Assembly (NCBI GenBank): GCA_026025795.1 | Contig: JAPEUG010000003.1 | Location: 1 to 64,000, forward strand | Source: Thelocarpon superellum | Lineage: Eukaryota | DNA: 64,000 nucleotides | Direction: 5' to 3' | Part shown: piece by piece, positions 37,602 to 50,500 of the stretch | How the letters are laid out: the number at the start of each line of letters is the position of its first letter | How positions within the stretch are numbered: position 1 is the stretch's first letter | Translations under genes and position numbers: made by a program | The notes under the pieces: model-generated | Seen by the model: the letters and a program-made list of their open reading frames with translations, nothing else | The model's database searches: none | Told to the model about the DNA's origin: nothing

Positions 37602-40336
37602 TCAATTGAACCTCGGAACTCTCCTCCGATCCTCTGCATCATCGACGGCATCGTTGAGCTCTTGTTCCAGTCCGATGTCCCCATGTTCCCGTGTCATATG
37701 ATCGTAGATGGCTCCCTTGTCGAATGGCCGAACACAGACCCAGCAGAAATGGGTCTGGCATCCACGGCAGGTCATGTGATTGCATCCAGACCGCTTCTCG
37801 ATCGGCGTGTTGCACTTGGGACACGCTTTCACCTCGTTCTCCTTCATCCATTTCTGAAAGGCAAGCGTTCCCTCGGATGACAGGTCTTTGTACTCTTGAC
37901 AGGTCGATCCGTCATGCGATGCAACCTGGCATGTGGTGCAGACCGGGGTCAGACACGAGGGGCAGGTAAAGACCAGTCCATCCGTCGACACTCGATAGAT
38001 CTGTGGACAGTCGGGCGTGGGGCAGTACTGCAGCTCCGCCGGCTTCGTCCGAACATAGTCTTCGAAGGACGCCTGGAGTAGGGCGTCCAAAGCCTGGGCC
38101 GAGAGCACCCCTTCCAACTGGTCCAAGGAAAAGCTATGTCCACACCGGCCCTCGTCGCCCAGGCATTGGACCGGCACCGACGCACTGCCACCGGATGAGG
38201 CACATTGTGCGCTGAAGCACTCGTCACAATACACGTGTCCGCACGGCGGGTGAAAGGGATCGGTCGGTGTCGTCCAGCAGACCGCACAACTTTGGTCGTC
38301 CCCACGCGCGTCGATGGCGGCCTCGTCTGTCCTCCCTCCCGCCCGCTCGAGCAAGTCAAGAGCGATCCGCCGGTGGGCCGCGTCTCCGCGGATTGTGAGG
38401 GTCTTCCGAGCCCCCCCGATGTCGAGACAGGCCGCCTGGCTACCCAGCACCTTGAGAATGGTGCGAAAGCCTCCTTGAAGGGCATTGTGCAACAAGGGCG
38501 GCTCCAAGTCGATCACATGCACGTGCGCTCCCAGGTCTTCTACCTTCTGCACCAGCACGCGCCGTGTCTGTCGCTTCAGCTCCTCGGAACCGTACAGCGA
38601 CAGCCGGCGCTTTCGCAGATCACGGTAGACAAAGGCATGTTGCGGTGACCGCAACGGAGCGAGAAACTGCAGGCCATCGGGGGTGGTGAAGAAGTCATGC
38701 CACAGCACCCGTTCGCCCACCAGGGCCACGGTGCCGGCCAAGACGTCTTCCACCGCACTCTTCGCCAGGGCCACGGCGCGGGCGTCCTCGCCGCACACTC
38801 GGAGCATCTTGAAGGGCTGCTCGGGCTCTTGCGAGTCGTACGCCTTGAGATGCACATGAGTCGACGCGACTTGAATCATGACATCTTCCAGCTCCGTCCG
38901 AATGGCCTCATACATGTGGGCCAGCACCCGAAATTTGACGGACACCAGTGGTTGGAGAAAGAGCTTCGCCCTTCCGCCCTTCTCGAGTGGCTTCCCGTGG
39001 AAGTCCCTCACCGCAGCTCGGGCGTCGCGGGGATCGGCAAATTTGGCCGTGGCTTTGCTGTATCGCGGACTGGCCTTGGTGCTCACGTCGAACGACTCCA
39101 ACGGACCCGCTTCTTCGAGCCTGGCGCGCACCTGATCCCCCATGGTCATCGCATCACGCGAGAGTGGGCTCACACTAATTCGCTGGGCCAAGGGGAAGAG
39201 ACACGAGACATGCTCCTCCCTGCTCTGGGGCGCGACATTTCCCACTTGCACCGAATAGATGCGATGCCGCGCCAAGCGTGCGTTGGATGGCGCCTGGAAG
39301 GTGCACTCCAACTTTCTCCCGTGCAGCATCTTGCCTTGCGCGAATTGCTCGGATCTTCGTGCTTGCGATTCTTGACTGAAGTTGGCCCACGCCACTTTGG
39401 AGGGCTTGTGCCATGAGCAGACTACGGATGCGACCTGCAATCGTTTGGAGTCGTGATCCTGCACCACTTGCGTGGAGCACACTTTGATCGGGCTGCCATT
39501 GACGAGGGTAGTGTCGAGCAATTGGACCGCCTTGGTGGCAAAACGAGGATCGTGGACCCTGACCTCGAAGGCGCCGACGTTGTCGAGGATGGCTTTTATG
39601 CGAATGCTCGCTGTCTCTACCTCCAACCCCAACGGTTCCAAGATTTCTAGCACTCTCGCCGATGTCGTGGCTCCCGGGAGGCCCGTGATCCGGACCGCTG
39701 TCATATCGGCCGGGAGCGTGATAGACGAGACCTCGGCTCCTGCGCCAAAGATCACGGTGACGCCGCCCAGATTCCTCGATGACGCGCAGGCTATGGTGCG
39801 CTTGGGTACTGCCGTTGCTGGCGTCGCTGCCTTGGCATACGATGAGATCCTATTCCTGCAGGAGACGTTCGTCAACTGACCTCCTCAACCACATGGCTGT
39901 CGGCTGCCGCTCCACTGGGCCCACCAGCGTCAGATACAGCATGCTGATACCGGCACTTGGCACCCTTGGAGCATGAGCCGTGAGCAAAGAACACAGACGG
40001 TTCTGGATCGCCAGGAGGCTCGAGCTGAAGACGTGCGAGGCGTTGGGTAGTCGGAGCCACTGCTGCCACGTCTCCGACTTTGTCATCCACCTGGCCCGCA
40101 TGCTGAAATAGGCAACTGTGGCCCTTGGTGCATTTTCCTTCCCTGAAGAATCGACAAGGACGACGGCCGGACGTCTCTAGTGTCGCCGGGACCGGCGCTT
40201 GCGACGGCGAGAAAGGGGGGGCGTTCGCTCGTAGAGCGGCGTGGGCTTCGTCCGTCCCGCCGGGCTGGCCATGGTCGAATTGGCAATGCTGGCCATTCTT
40301 GCAGTAGCCCCGGGCGAAGAACTTGCACGGTTTCAT
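37602..40336 (-). CDS. CCCH zinc finger + RRM-like + RBR (RING1-IBR-RING2) E3 ubiquitin ligase, 2 exons
   Basis: CCCH fingers CKFFARGYCKNGQHCQFDH and CRFFREGKCTKGHSCLFQH. 50-nt intron GTCAGT..CTCAT..AAG at about 39831-39880. RRM-like segments (VRITGLP, VQVGNV, ATAKFADPRDARAAV). RING1 CAVC..CGHVYCDEC, IBR CPTPDC..CPSC..CTTC..H..C, RING2 CPKC..GCNHMTC..CWVC. Confidence 0.85.
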
Positions 40337-40610
40337 GGCGAGGTGAGCCAAGAGTGGAGGTTGCGTGCCTTGATCACCAAAGTCCAAATATGGCCAATGT
40401 TGAAGCGGGGAAGTTGGGCGCGTTCCAAATAGTTCTGAGAATTACGCCTATCCTTAGCAATCACCTTTACTCCTCCACCATGGTCGGCAAGGTCCGCCCA
40501 TTGGACGAGTGTTTAGAGCCAACGCATCTTGCAGCTACATCTTGGGTACCACCATGCCATTGGGTATGTGCTTGACATTGGTGATGCCGGCGACCTTGGA
40601 ATACCTGCTT

Positions 40611-40646
40611 CCGTCATGCGGCTACCGACCGTCATGCGGCTACCGA
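40611..40646. repeat. Exact 18-bp tandem duplication (ccgtcatgcggctaccga x2)
   Basis: Read directly in the divergent promoter between the RBR gene and the bL12 gene. Confidence 0.85.
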
Positions 40647-40906
40647 GCTCCAGGTAGCTTGGAGGATTAACTTCCCCGTGACTCGAGGCTTAGAGTCGTC
40701 GCCGGTTAGTCCCCGAGCCGAGCTTCAGCTAAGTGGACGGCAGGGCCACGGCGACGACAGTAACGATACTCGTGGCCGGCGAGCACGAATCCATCCCAAC
40801 GACGACCCACCGCCGGGTAAGTACAGGTGACGTGTCGACAGGTCCATCTTTTCTTCTTCGCGTTGCCGCCACGAGAGCCATCGTGAAGAGCACGGCCGGA
40901 TCCAGC

Positions 40907-41516
40907 ATGTCCGTCGGTCGAAACAGTGTCGCTCGCTGCTGGTCGTGTGCCCACCGGCCATCCCTCCCGGCCATACGTGCATCGTCTACCGTGCTCCCGG
41001 GTCGACGGAGAACCAGCCCTGCGCGACGATGGCAGTCGACCGACGCCGCCGGTGCCGCGAGCAGCAACCCCAAAATCTCCACCCTCGTCGACCAGATTGG
41101 GCAATTGTCGCTGCTGGAGACGGCTGACCTGATCTCCACCCTCAAAGTATGATCTCAACCGTCCACATGGAAGGTCTCAGCACCTCACACGATTCTAGAC
41201 CCGCCTGAACATCCCCGACATGCCGACCGCCTTCGCCGCTGTACCTGCCGCGCCCGCAGCGCCTGTCGAGGAAGAAGAGGCGGCACCGGCGCAGCAGGAG
41301 AAGACGCTGTTCAACCTCAAGCTGCAATCGTTCGATGCGGGCGCCAAGCCCAAGATCATCAAGGAGATCAAGAGCATGCTGGGCTTGAGCCTGGTGGACA
41401 GCAAGAAGTTCGTCGAGAGCGCGCCCAAGATGATGCGCGAGGGTGTGGCCAAGGAGGAGGGCGAGAAGATTGTCGAGGCCTTGAAGACCCTGGGCGGCGT
41501 GGTGGTGATGGAATAG
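40907..41516 (+). CDS. MNP1: Mitochondrial ribosomal protein bL12m (L7/L12), 2 exons
   Basis: Presequence, LVDQIGQLSLLETADL, EKTLFNLKL, KIIKEIKSMLGLSLVDSKKFVESAP. One canonical intron at about 41147-41198. Confidence 0.9.
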
Positions 41517-41656
41517 GCGGGCTTGAGCGTGTGACGTCTTGTATCACAACCACACAGTTCCCTCATCCGCATCATCGCATCTTCGCCCGCCCGATTGGCG
41601 GTGCCATGTAGTATACATAGTTGGACCAACCCAAACGCCCATTCCCATCCGCAATG

Positions 41657-41692
41657 CCACTCCCACTCCCACTCCCACTCCCACTCCCACTC
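41657..41692. repeat. (CCACTC)6 hexanucleotide microsatellite
   Basis: Read directly between two convergent 3' ends. Confidence 0.9.
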
Positions 41693-41723
41693 GCTATGCA
41701 TGGATCCAAAAGTACGCGTCTGG

Positions 41724-42561
41724 TCAAGACACACCGGCCATGCTTTGGCGTTCCGTACGCTCCTCATCCGCCAGGAGGTAGTCGTCCTCGCCCACGTCGC
41801 TGCCGTCGTGCCACAGACGCTCAAACTCCTCATCGCCGTCGCCCTCGACGGCCCAGATGCTCTCGCGCAGCCGCTTGTGTCGCTCGCGGTCCTCCTCGAT
41901 GCGCTGCTCGATCTGGCGCTTGTCCAGCCGCGCCACGCCGTTCGCCTTGCTCCCGCGCGGCGTGTTCCCCGTCGGCGTCTTGGAGCTGTGCATCGTCGTC
42001 GCCTGGGCCGCGGTGACGGGCGACAGCTCGGCGTGCGTCGGCAGCACGTCCCGCGACGTGAGACACGCTTCGATCTCCGCCACGGTGGCCGCGGCCAGGA
42101 TGGACTTTTGCTGCAAGCCCGCCAGCACCTGTGGCGCCGGTCAGTGACGCCACCCATACAGCGTGACAGCTCCACCTACCCGTCGCACCACCTTCACGTT
42201 GGCCGCGCCCGAGCCGTCTTCGGGCGCGACGGCATCGACGACCTGGAGGATGTCCTGCTGCATCATGCGCACAAAGGAGAGGTGGTGCTCGCGCTGGGCC
42301 ATGTCGCAGAAGTGCTCGATGAAGTACATGATGTTGGCGCGATTGTTCATGGAGGTCTGTGACGGTCAGCGCCGTCCCGACTCAACTTGGGCGGAGCCCA
42401 CGCACTCGTTCCAGCTGCTCCAGGATGCACGAGTGCAGGTCTTCGTCCATGTCTCGGTATTTGAGCGCATATTGTGCGGCCTTTTGCGACGACGTGACCG
42501 ACGCGTTGAGATGCTGAAGCTGCGAGGTGAAGCGCATGCGCACCTCAAATGGATCGGCCAT
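41724..42561 (-). CDS. CTK3: CTD kinase I gamma subunit, 3 exons
   Basis: MADPFEVRMRF, DMDEDLHSCILEQLE, MNNRANIMYFIE, RIEEDRERHKRLRESIW. Confidence 0.9.
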
Positions 42562-42856
42562 GGTAGCTGGTGGCCTCGGCGTCGTTCAGGGCGAGGAGAG
42601 CCAAGATGCGAGGTCATGACCAGGTGGCGGACGAAGGTGCGGGAGGGCTCCAGGAAGATGCCCGCGCACATCGAAAGGCGGTGAGTCGCCGGGCGAGGTG
42701 GCGCCGGCAGAATCCGTGGCGAGCCTCCGAGCCTCCGAGTCCCCAAGCCCGCGAGCCCCCGTGCCCCCCAACTTTTCCTTCAGATGTTCCATTCCGCCGA
42801 ACTCCGTCCCCTCACCCAGTCACGGGGCACGACGGAGACGACGATTTCCTGGTGCG

Positions 42857-42906
42857 GCAGCAAAGCAGCAGCAAAGCAGCAGCAAAGCAGCAGCAAAGCA
42901 GCAAAG
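42857..42906. repeat. 11-bp tandem repeat (GCAGCAGCAAA, about 4.5 copies) in the PRO3 5' leader
   Basis: Read directly; ends about 20 bp before the PRO3 ATG. Confidence 0.85.
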
Positions 42907-42927
42907 GAGAGGCAGAGCAACGCGACC

Positions 42928-43990
42928 ATGTCTACGGAAATCTCCTCCCACGGTCTCCTGGACGTCAATGACGCCGGGGTCACCCTGACCGTCCTGGGAT
43001 GCGGTGAGCAGCAACGCTCAAGATCAACGGCCGCACCAGATCCACTGACGCTATTTCATATGATGCACAGGAACCATGGGCATTGCCATCCTCTCCGGAA
43101 TCCTGACCTCGCTTTCCAGCATACGCAGCAGCCAGGCGACGCCCTCCATGTCCGGCACATCGACGCCGGTCGAGGAGCTACCGCCGCGACTCCCCACACG
43201 CTTCGTCGCCTGCGTGCGTCGGCCTGCGTCCGCGCGACGGATCGAGAGCGCTCTGGCCGCCCACACGTCCTCGCTCACCATCCTGCAGGACGAGAACCTA
43301 CGGGGCATGCAAGCAGCCGACGTGGTCCTGCTGTGCTGCAAGCCACAGATGGTGTCTGAGATCCTGGCGCCGACGCCGGCCCTCCTCGTCGCCCTGCGCG
43401 GCAAACTACTCATCAGCATCTGCGCCGGCGTGCCCGTCAGGCAGATTGAAAACATCCTGTACGCGGAAACGCACGCGGGGCCGGAGCGATGCCGGATCGT
43501 GCGGGCGATGCCCAACACGGCCTCGTTCATCCAGGAGTCGATGACGGTCATCTCGACGCCGACTCCGCCGCTCCCGGGGCCGCTGGCCGCGCTGACGACG
43601 TGGATCTTCACGCGCATCGGCCGCGTCGTGCATCTCCCCGCCGCCAACATGGACGCGAGCACGGCGCTGTGTGGCTCGGGCCCGGCCTTCTTCGCCCTCG
43701 TGCTGGAAGCCATGGCCGACGGCGCCGTCGCGATGGGTCTGCCGCGCGCCGAGGCCCAGCTCATGGCGGCCCAGACGATGCGCGGCACCGCGGGCTTGGT
43801 GCTCGACGGGGAGCATCCGGCGCTGGTGCGCGAAAAGGTCGGCACCCCTGGCGGCTGCACCATCGGGGGCCTCCTGGTGCTGGAGGAGGGCCGGGTGCGC
43901 GGCACCGTCGCCAGAGCCGTGCGGGAGGCCACCGTCGTCGCGAGCCAATTGGGCCAGGGCGTGCAGGGGGTCAACGGCACGCGCTTCTAG
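42928..43990 (+). CDS. PRO3: Pyrroline-5-carboxylate reductase, 2 exons
   Basis: Rossmann LGCGTMG split by an intron, VVLLCCKP, VRAMPNTA, TALCGSGPAF, V.TPGGCTIGGL. Confidence 0.93.
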
Positions 43991-44011
43991 CAATCGTGGT
44001 ACCAATCTAGT

Positions 44012-47000
44012 CTATCGGACGCCATGTGCCTCCTCGCCGTCGCTACCATTTTCGCCCAACAGGCCGTGTTCCTCTGTGCGGCGGTCTTCACGCCCGCCCA
44101 GCCCGGCGCCGACGTCCGCCTCCGCCGCGGCGGCAGCCTCGGCCGCCTGCGCGCGGCTTTCCTCGGCGCCATTCAGCACGAACCAGACATCCTTCTTGGT
44201 GAGCAGGCCCTGGAGCACCCCACGGTCGCAGAACAGCACGTAGCGCAGCCCGAGCTTCTGGAACAGGTTCACCGCCAGCTGGAGGCTGCTCTTGGCCGAG
44301 AGCGTGATGGGGGTCTGGTCCATCCACGGCCGCAGGTCGAGCGTGGTGCGCGGGTCCGCGAGCGGCTGGTGCGCGAAGAAGGTCTCCGTGCCGCCGGACA
44401 GGCTGCGCGGGGGCGCGAGCGACGTGTCCAGCGCAAACGCGAGCTCCGTGCGCGAGATGTAGCCGAGCAGGAGAGCGTCGCGCGGGTCGGAGATGACGGG
44501 GAAGCCGCGGTAAGGTTGCGTGGCGAGCAGGTCCGTCAGCGAGTCGATCGTATGTCCCGTCGCCGTGAGCACCACCAGGTCTTCGATCCGCGTCATCATC
44601 TGCGACACGGGCGCGTCCGAGATCGCCCCGCCCTCCCGGTTGTCCAGGAACGGGTAGCCCTTGAAGTGGATCCAGCTCTCGTAGATGCCGCGCGGGCTCA
44701 GCGCATCACCGACCCATTTGCTGATCATCACTGCAATCATGATGGGGAGCACGTAGGTGAGGGCGCCCGTGAGCTCGAACATGATGACTACGATCGACAC
44801 CGTCATGCGCGTCACGCCGCCCAGGGCGGACGCTGCGCCAATGATGGCGTAGGTCCCCGGCGTGACGCAGGGCACGTCGGGCTCGCACGCGGCGAAGATC
44901 AGCGCGTGCGGGTAGCTGCGCTGCCACACTTCCATGAGCAGGCCGAGCGCGCGCCCGTACAGCGCCCCGACTGCCATCGAGGGCAGGATGATGCCGGCGG
45001 GGATCTCGAGCCCGAAGGTGATGGAGGCCAGCAGGAAGCCAAGCGTGGCGGCCAGGACGAGGAGCACGATCGTGCCCGCGCTGGCGGCGCCGGTCTGACA
45101 CAGGCCGAACTGGTCGTCCGGGATGGCGGAGCACTCGGCGAACAGGTAGTAGACGAGCTCGGAGGATTGTGCCCTGCGCGCAGATCAGAGGCGTTCTTCA
45201 AGTCATGTGCACACGCAAGGTGGTCAGGACATACCGCATAAAGACATTGGGGTAGTTGATCATGGCCGTGAGCAAGGTGACGACCAGCACCTCCAGCACT
45301 GGTCCTTTGATGAAGCGCGTTGACGTGCGCCACTCGGCCACCCTCATGTTCAGCTTGATGAAGAGGCCGCCGTACAGACCCTGTGTCCTGTGAGTGCCAT
45401 CCTCGCCCAGGTTTCGGTACACCTACGCCGATGATCCCGAGCAGCACAAAAGGCACCATCTCGAACCCGTGCCAGCCCGTCGTATACGTGACTTGGTACA
45501 AGACGAGCTTCCCCGTGCGAAAGGGATTAAAGGCTTGGAGCGTCACGGCGGCCACCATGGCGCACACAAAGCTCTGCCACATGGTCTTGTCGGGGAAGTA
45601 GTAGGAGAGTTGCTGCGTGGGTCAGTCGACGCACCTGGAGGCAAAGGGGAGAGGGTTGCTTCCTCACCTCGAGACTGAAAAGGACCCCGCCAATGGGCGA
45701 GCCAAAGGCCACGGAGATGCCCGCGGCCGCCGCCGCAGATAGAACCTCTCGTTTCCGTGCTACAAATCGTCAACGCTCGTCCGTGGAGAGAAAGATGGAC
45801 CCTCACCCTCATTGGACCCAATCGGCTCAAAGAGCTTCATCAATAGGTTGGCACAACAGCACGCCACGTGCACCAATGGCCCTTCTTTCCCCAGCCAGAG
45901 CCCGGAGGCCACCGCGAGACACTGCATCAGCGTCAGCCTCACCCGCGGCCAGTCCTCGGAGAGCCTACCAGTCCCAGGGACTTGATGACCAACGTCCACG
46001 CCCCCATAAAACGCCGGATCACAAAGCCACCCAAGACCGTCTTGATCTCGGGAATCCCGCTATGCTTGGCGTACGTGGCGTACGTGTTGACAAGGATGCT
46101 GGCACTTGCGGCGAAGAGGAGCTGTTCATGGATGAGCGTCTCCTCGGTCGTGTAGAAATGGAATGACCCACCGAGTACAAGACAAAGAAGATGTATTCCG
46201 CCACGAAACCGCCCCCCGTTGACTTGATGTGTAGCGCCGTCCTCCATGGCGTCCAATCCTGACATTGTGACCAACCTGTGCCGTCAGTCAGACGACAGGA
46301 CGATGAGGGAGCGGGGCGAGGGAGCGAGCGAGGGAGAGCACATACGGTCCAGGCCCCAGCAGCAGAAGGTCTTGTTGAGATAGAACCGTCCTCCCCCAGG
46401 ACCATTCTTGCAATACCCCGTCTTGAGGTCGCCCAGCCAGTCGCTGACCACATCAATCGATGCGGCCAGCACCCCAACTGACAGGCCCGTGCCAAGGAGC
46501 ACCCACCAAACCTGGCTCGCGTCGAGGAGCTGCTGTACGTAGCCGATCAGCCCGCGCGCACTGGACTCGAGCACGCGCAAGCGCTGCCGTTCCTTGGTGT
46601 ACTCGAAGATCCAGTCGATGGCCGTCATGTCGTCGTAGCCCACCCGGCGACCAGGTCCCTCGGCGTACCAGTCCAACGGTCCCCCGTCCTTGGAGGCATT
46701 GAGCATGGTGCCCGTCAGGGGCGCGCTGCTGGGTGGTACCGGGCTCGCATCGTGTGATCGCGGGTCGGGACGTCGGCCGGGCGATGGCGAGCCGTGCCGA
46801 CTGGAGGACAAGGGGGACGCCAGGAACTTCTGCAGGGAGAGGCCATGTGCAGGTTTGGCCCGACGCTTAAAGGAGATGGTATTGCCGAGGTCACCATCGA
46901 GGGGATCGCTCGAAAGCAAGGACTGGTCGGCGGCGCGTTGTTTGCCGGGGCCGGCCAGGGACTCCTCGTCGTCGCTGTCCTGCTGCAACGCAAAGAGGTC

Positions 47001-47084
47001 GGCGGGTGAACGGCTGGACGATGGCTCGGGCGAGTCGGGCGGCTCGGGCCGAGAGCCATTCATGCCAGAGGACGAACTGGACAT
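44012..47084 (-). CDS. CLC-family chloride channel/H+ antiporter with CBS domains, 8 exons
   Basis: [49 protein letters not shown] and a C-terminal CBS pair. Seven canonical introns. Confidence 0.92.
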
Positions 47085-47523
47085 ATCCGCATCATGCACA
47101 AGTACAAGACGAGCAGCACAGGAGAGGAGGTTGCGGGGGAGTGAGGGGACGAGACGCGTAGAGACCTCTCCACGGCCCTCACGGAGACATGACATGCCCG
47201 TCTGATGCAATTTATATGACTAAGCAGCATGGCGAGATGCTAGTTGATCTTATCAGATCGGTCAGGTCAGCCCTGGGCGAGTTGCACCGACGAAACCTGG
47301 GAGCTGCCTTGGAGCTGCCTTGGAGCTCGCGTAGCGACCCGCAAGAGGAATGGCGGACGGCGAAGGTGATGGCATCGCGGCTACGGCGAACGGATTTCGA
47401 TATTATTCCCGGAAAAAGTGGTGGAATTGATGCCAAATCTGCAATACTGCACAGTCCACCCTCATCCTCAAGGCTCGCTCCTCCACGACACATCAGCATC
47501 ATGCGAGGAAGGTTGACATCACC

Positions 47524-50500
47524 ATGGATCGTGTCCTCCAGGGTCTTCCAGACCAATTGCGTGACCTCGTCCACGCCACGTCTGATCCGGCGGGCGGGGG
47601 ATCTCGACAGGCACTCGCCGCCATAGCCCTCGACCCAGCCTGGACCCAGATCATCTTTCTCTCAGATCCCAATCTTTTTGTGGACTACTGTGGGCATTGG
47701 CTCTCCGCAGTACGCAGTCACGAGCTTCCCTCGCTGCCCGTGCTCTCTGCCATTGCACGGGTGTTGCCCGTCGCTCCACATCTGGCTGGCTACCTAGATG
47801 CCATCATCCATGATCCGTCCGTGGATTCGCCCACTGATCCATCCAACGATGCCTGGGTATTCTTGAGTCCACGCGTGGAGCTGGACCCAAATACGCTGCC
47901 GGACGAACAGCTCCTGGATTTGCTCCTCACCGCCGTACGTTTACTCACCTTCGACAACGCTGCGTATGCGAGGGCCATCTCGCCAGTGAAGTTGCCATGG
48001 CTCCTGTCGCACCCTTCACGCTCCGTACGCTACCTCGCAGTCCGTCTCCTTCGTCTCTACCTCCATGCGGCCGACTTCTTCATGGAGGCCATGCTGCAAA
48101 AGCACCTGGGGGTCGGCGCGGTCGAGGGACCGTGGGACGGCAAGACAGTTGACTATGCCTTTCTCACCCTCTGGGAGGAGAAACGGCTGGCGGAATTGGG
48201 GGAGGCGATGAGGTCACCGAAGGGTCAAGCATCAATCTGGAGCTCCACTTCGCCCTGGACGGCGGACATTGCCGGGCAGTTCATGCCCCGCCTGCATGGC
48301 CCACCCGCCCAACCATCGCAGCTGCTCCACACGCCCACCACTCATGCCAATCTTCGCCGGCTCGCCGAGGCGGTGCGTTCGCCAGATCCCGTCTTGGTCA
48401 GCGGTGCGCCTGGCTGCGGCAAGACCACGCTCGTGGCAGAGGTGGCCCGCGAGCTGGGAGCGGATCAGACCTCCTTGACACTGCACTTGAACGAGCAGAC
48501 GGATGCGAAGCTGTTGATCGGCATGTACACGACCGCCGCCACCCCTGGTTCGTTCGTCTGGCACCCCGGGGTCCTGACCACGGCCGTCCGTGAGGGACGC
48601 TGGGTGCTCATCGAAGACCTCGATCGCGCTCCCACCGACGTCGTCTCCGTCCTCCTGCCACTGCTCGAGCGTCGAGAGCTCATGATCCCCAATCGTGGAG
48701 AGGTGATCCGTGCCGCGCGCTCCTTCAAACTCATCGCTACCATCCGGACCACGCGAAACGCACGCGGCGGTGACTCCATGCCGGCCTCACACATGTTAGG
48801 CGGCCGGTTCTGGCGGCAGGTGCCACTGCGTATGCCTGAGCTGCCCGAATTCTACGACATCGTTTCGCATCGATATTCCGTCGACTCATACCTGTCCACC
48901 ATCACCCAGGTCTATCAGAGGCTTGATGGCCTCATGCGGGACGCTGCCTTCCTCCGCCAGACCAACACATCGCTGAGAAGACCCATCAGCCCGCGAGATC
49001 TTCTCAAGTGGTGCCGACGGGTCGAAACCATTGTCAGCGCCGCTCCGGCTGGCTCGAGTGCCGAGACCGTGTCCGAACATACCATCGACTGCATCTACCT
49101 GGATGCAGCGGATTGTTTCGCGGCCGCCATTACCACCGTGGACGCACGTGCGGTTCTGCTCACGGCCGTGGCACAAGAACTGAACATGCCCCCGCAACGC
49201 GTCGAATACTACCGATCGTCCTACGCCCCAGAGATCAACCTCCGCACCTCACCACCGGGCCTCGCCATTGGCCGAGCCACCCTTGTCATCCCGCGACCGA
49301 CCGGGCGGGAGCGATCCAGGCGAAGTGCCGGCAGCGGACGTCCCTTCGCGCGCACCAAGCACAGTCTCCGCCTCCTCGAACAGGTTGCGGTGGCGGTGCA
49401 GATGGCGGAACCCGTGCTGCTGGTGGGCGAGACCGGGGTGGGGAAGACGGCGGTGGTGCAGCAGCTGGCCGACCACGCCGGCCACGAGCTGTGCGTCGTC
49501 AACCTGTCACAGCAGAGCGAGAGCGCCGACCTGCTTGGTGGCTTCAAGCCCGTCACGGCGCGCAGCCTGGCGGTGCCGATGAAGGATGAATTTGACGACC
49601 TCTTCGACCGGACCTTTGATGTGCGCAAGAACCCACGCTACGTGGAGATGCTCGGCAAATGCGTGGCCAAAGGTCAGTGGACCCGGGTGCTGCTGCTCTG
49701 GAAAGAAGCCCTGAGCATGCTGGAGGGCATCGACGTGGTGCCGCCGACTCCCGCCGGGACGGAGACTGATCCGCCCAAGAAGAAGCGCCGCGTGACGGCG
49801 GCCAGAGACCCGACGCACCACGCGCGATGGCAGAAGTTCGCGGGGGACGTTGCGACGTTTGAGCAGCAACTGGCCAGGGGTTCGCACGGCTTCGCCTTCC
49901 AATACCTTGAGGGGAACGTCGTCCGGGCCGTCCGTCGCGGCGCATGGGTGCTGTTGGACGAGATCAACCTAGCGGCCGCCGACACGCTCGAGAGCATCGC
50001 CGACCTGCTGCACGCCGGCGCCCACGGCCGTCCCTCGCTACTGCTCTCCGAGAAGGGTGACATCGAACGGGTGTCGGCCCACCCCGACTTCCGTATCTTC
50101 GCTGCCATGAATCCCGCCACCGACGTGGGGAAAAAGGATCTTCCACCGGGGCTGCGCGCACGCTTCACGGAGATCTTCGTCGACAGCCCGGACCGGGACG
50201 TGCCCGACCTCATGCGCATCGTCGCCGCCTACCTGAGCGAGGCGGCGCGACACGACCGGCTGGCCGCGCACGATGTCGCCCATCTATATGTGGCGGTGCG
50301 GCAACTGGCGGAGGAAGACCGGTTGGTCGATGGCGCCGGCCAACGGCCACACTTCAGTCTGCGGACCCTCACCCGGACCTTGACCTACGTGGCCGACATC
50401 GCTGCCACGTATGGCCTCCGTCGGTCCTTGTACGAAGGATTCTCCATGACATTCCTGACCCTGCTCGATCCGACCTCGGAGCGTGTCGTATCGCCGCTCA

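Noticed and set aside
39872..39880. Apparent frameshift between the CCCH ORF and the RBR ORF
   Set aside because: Resolved by a canonical 50-nt GT-AG intron.
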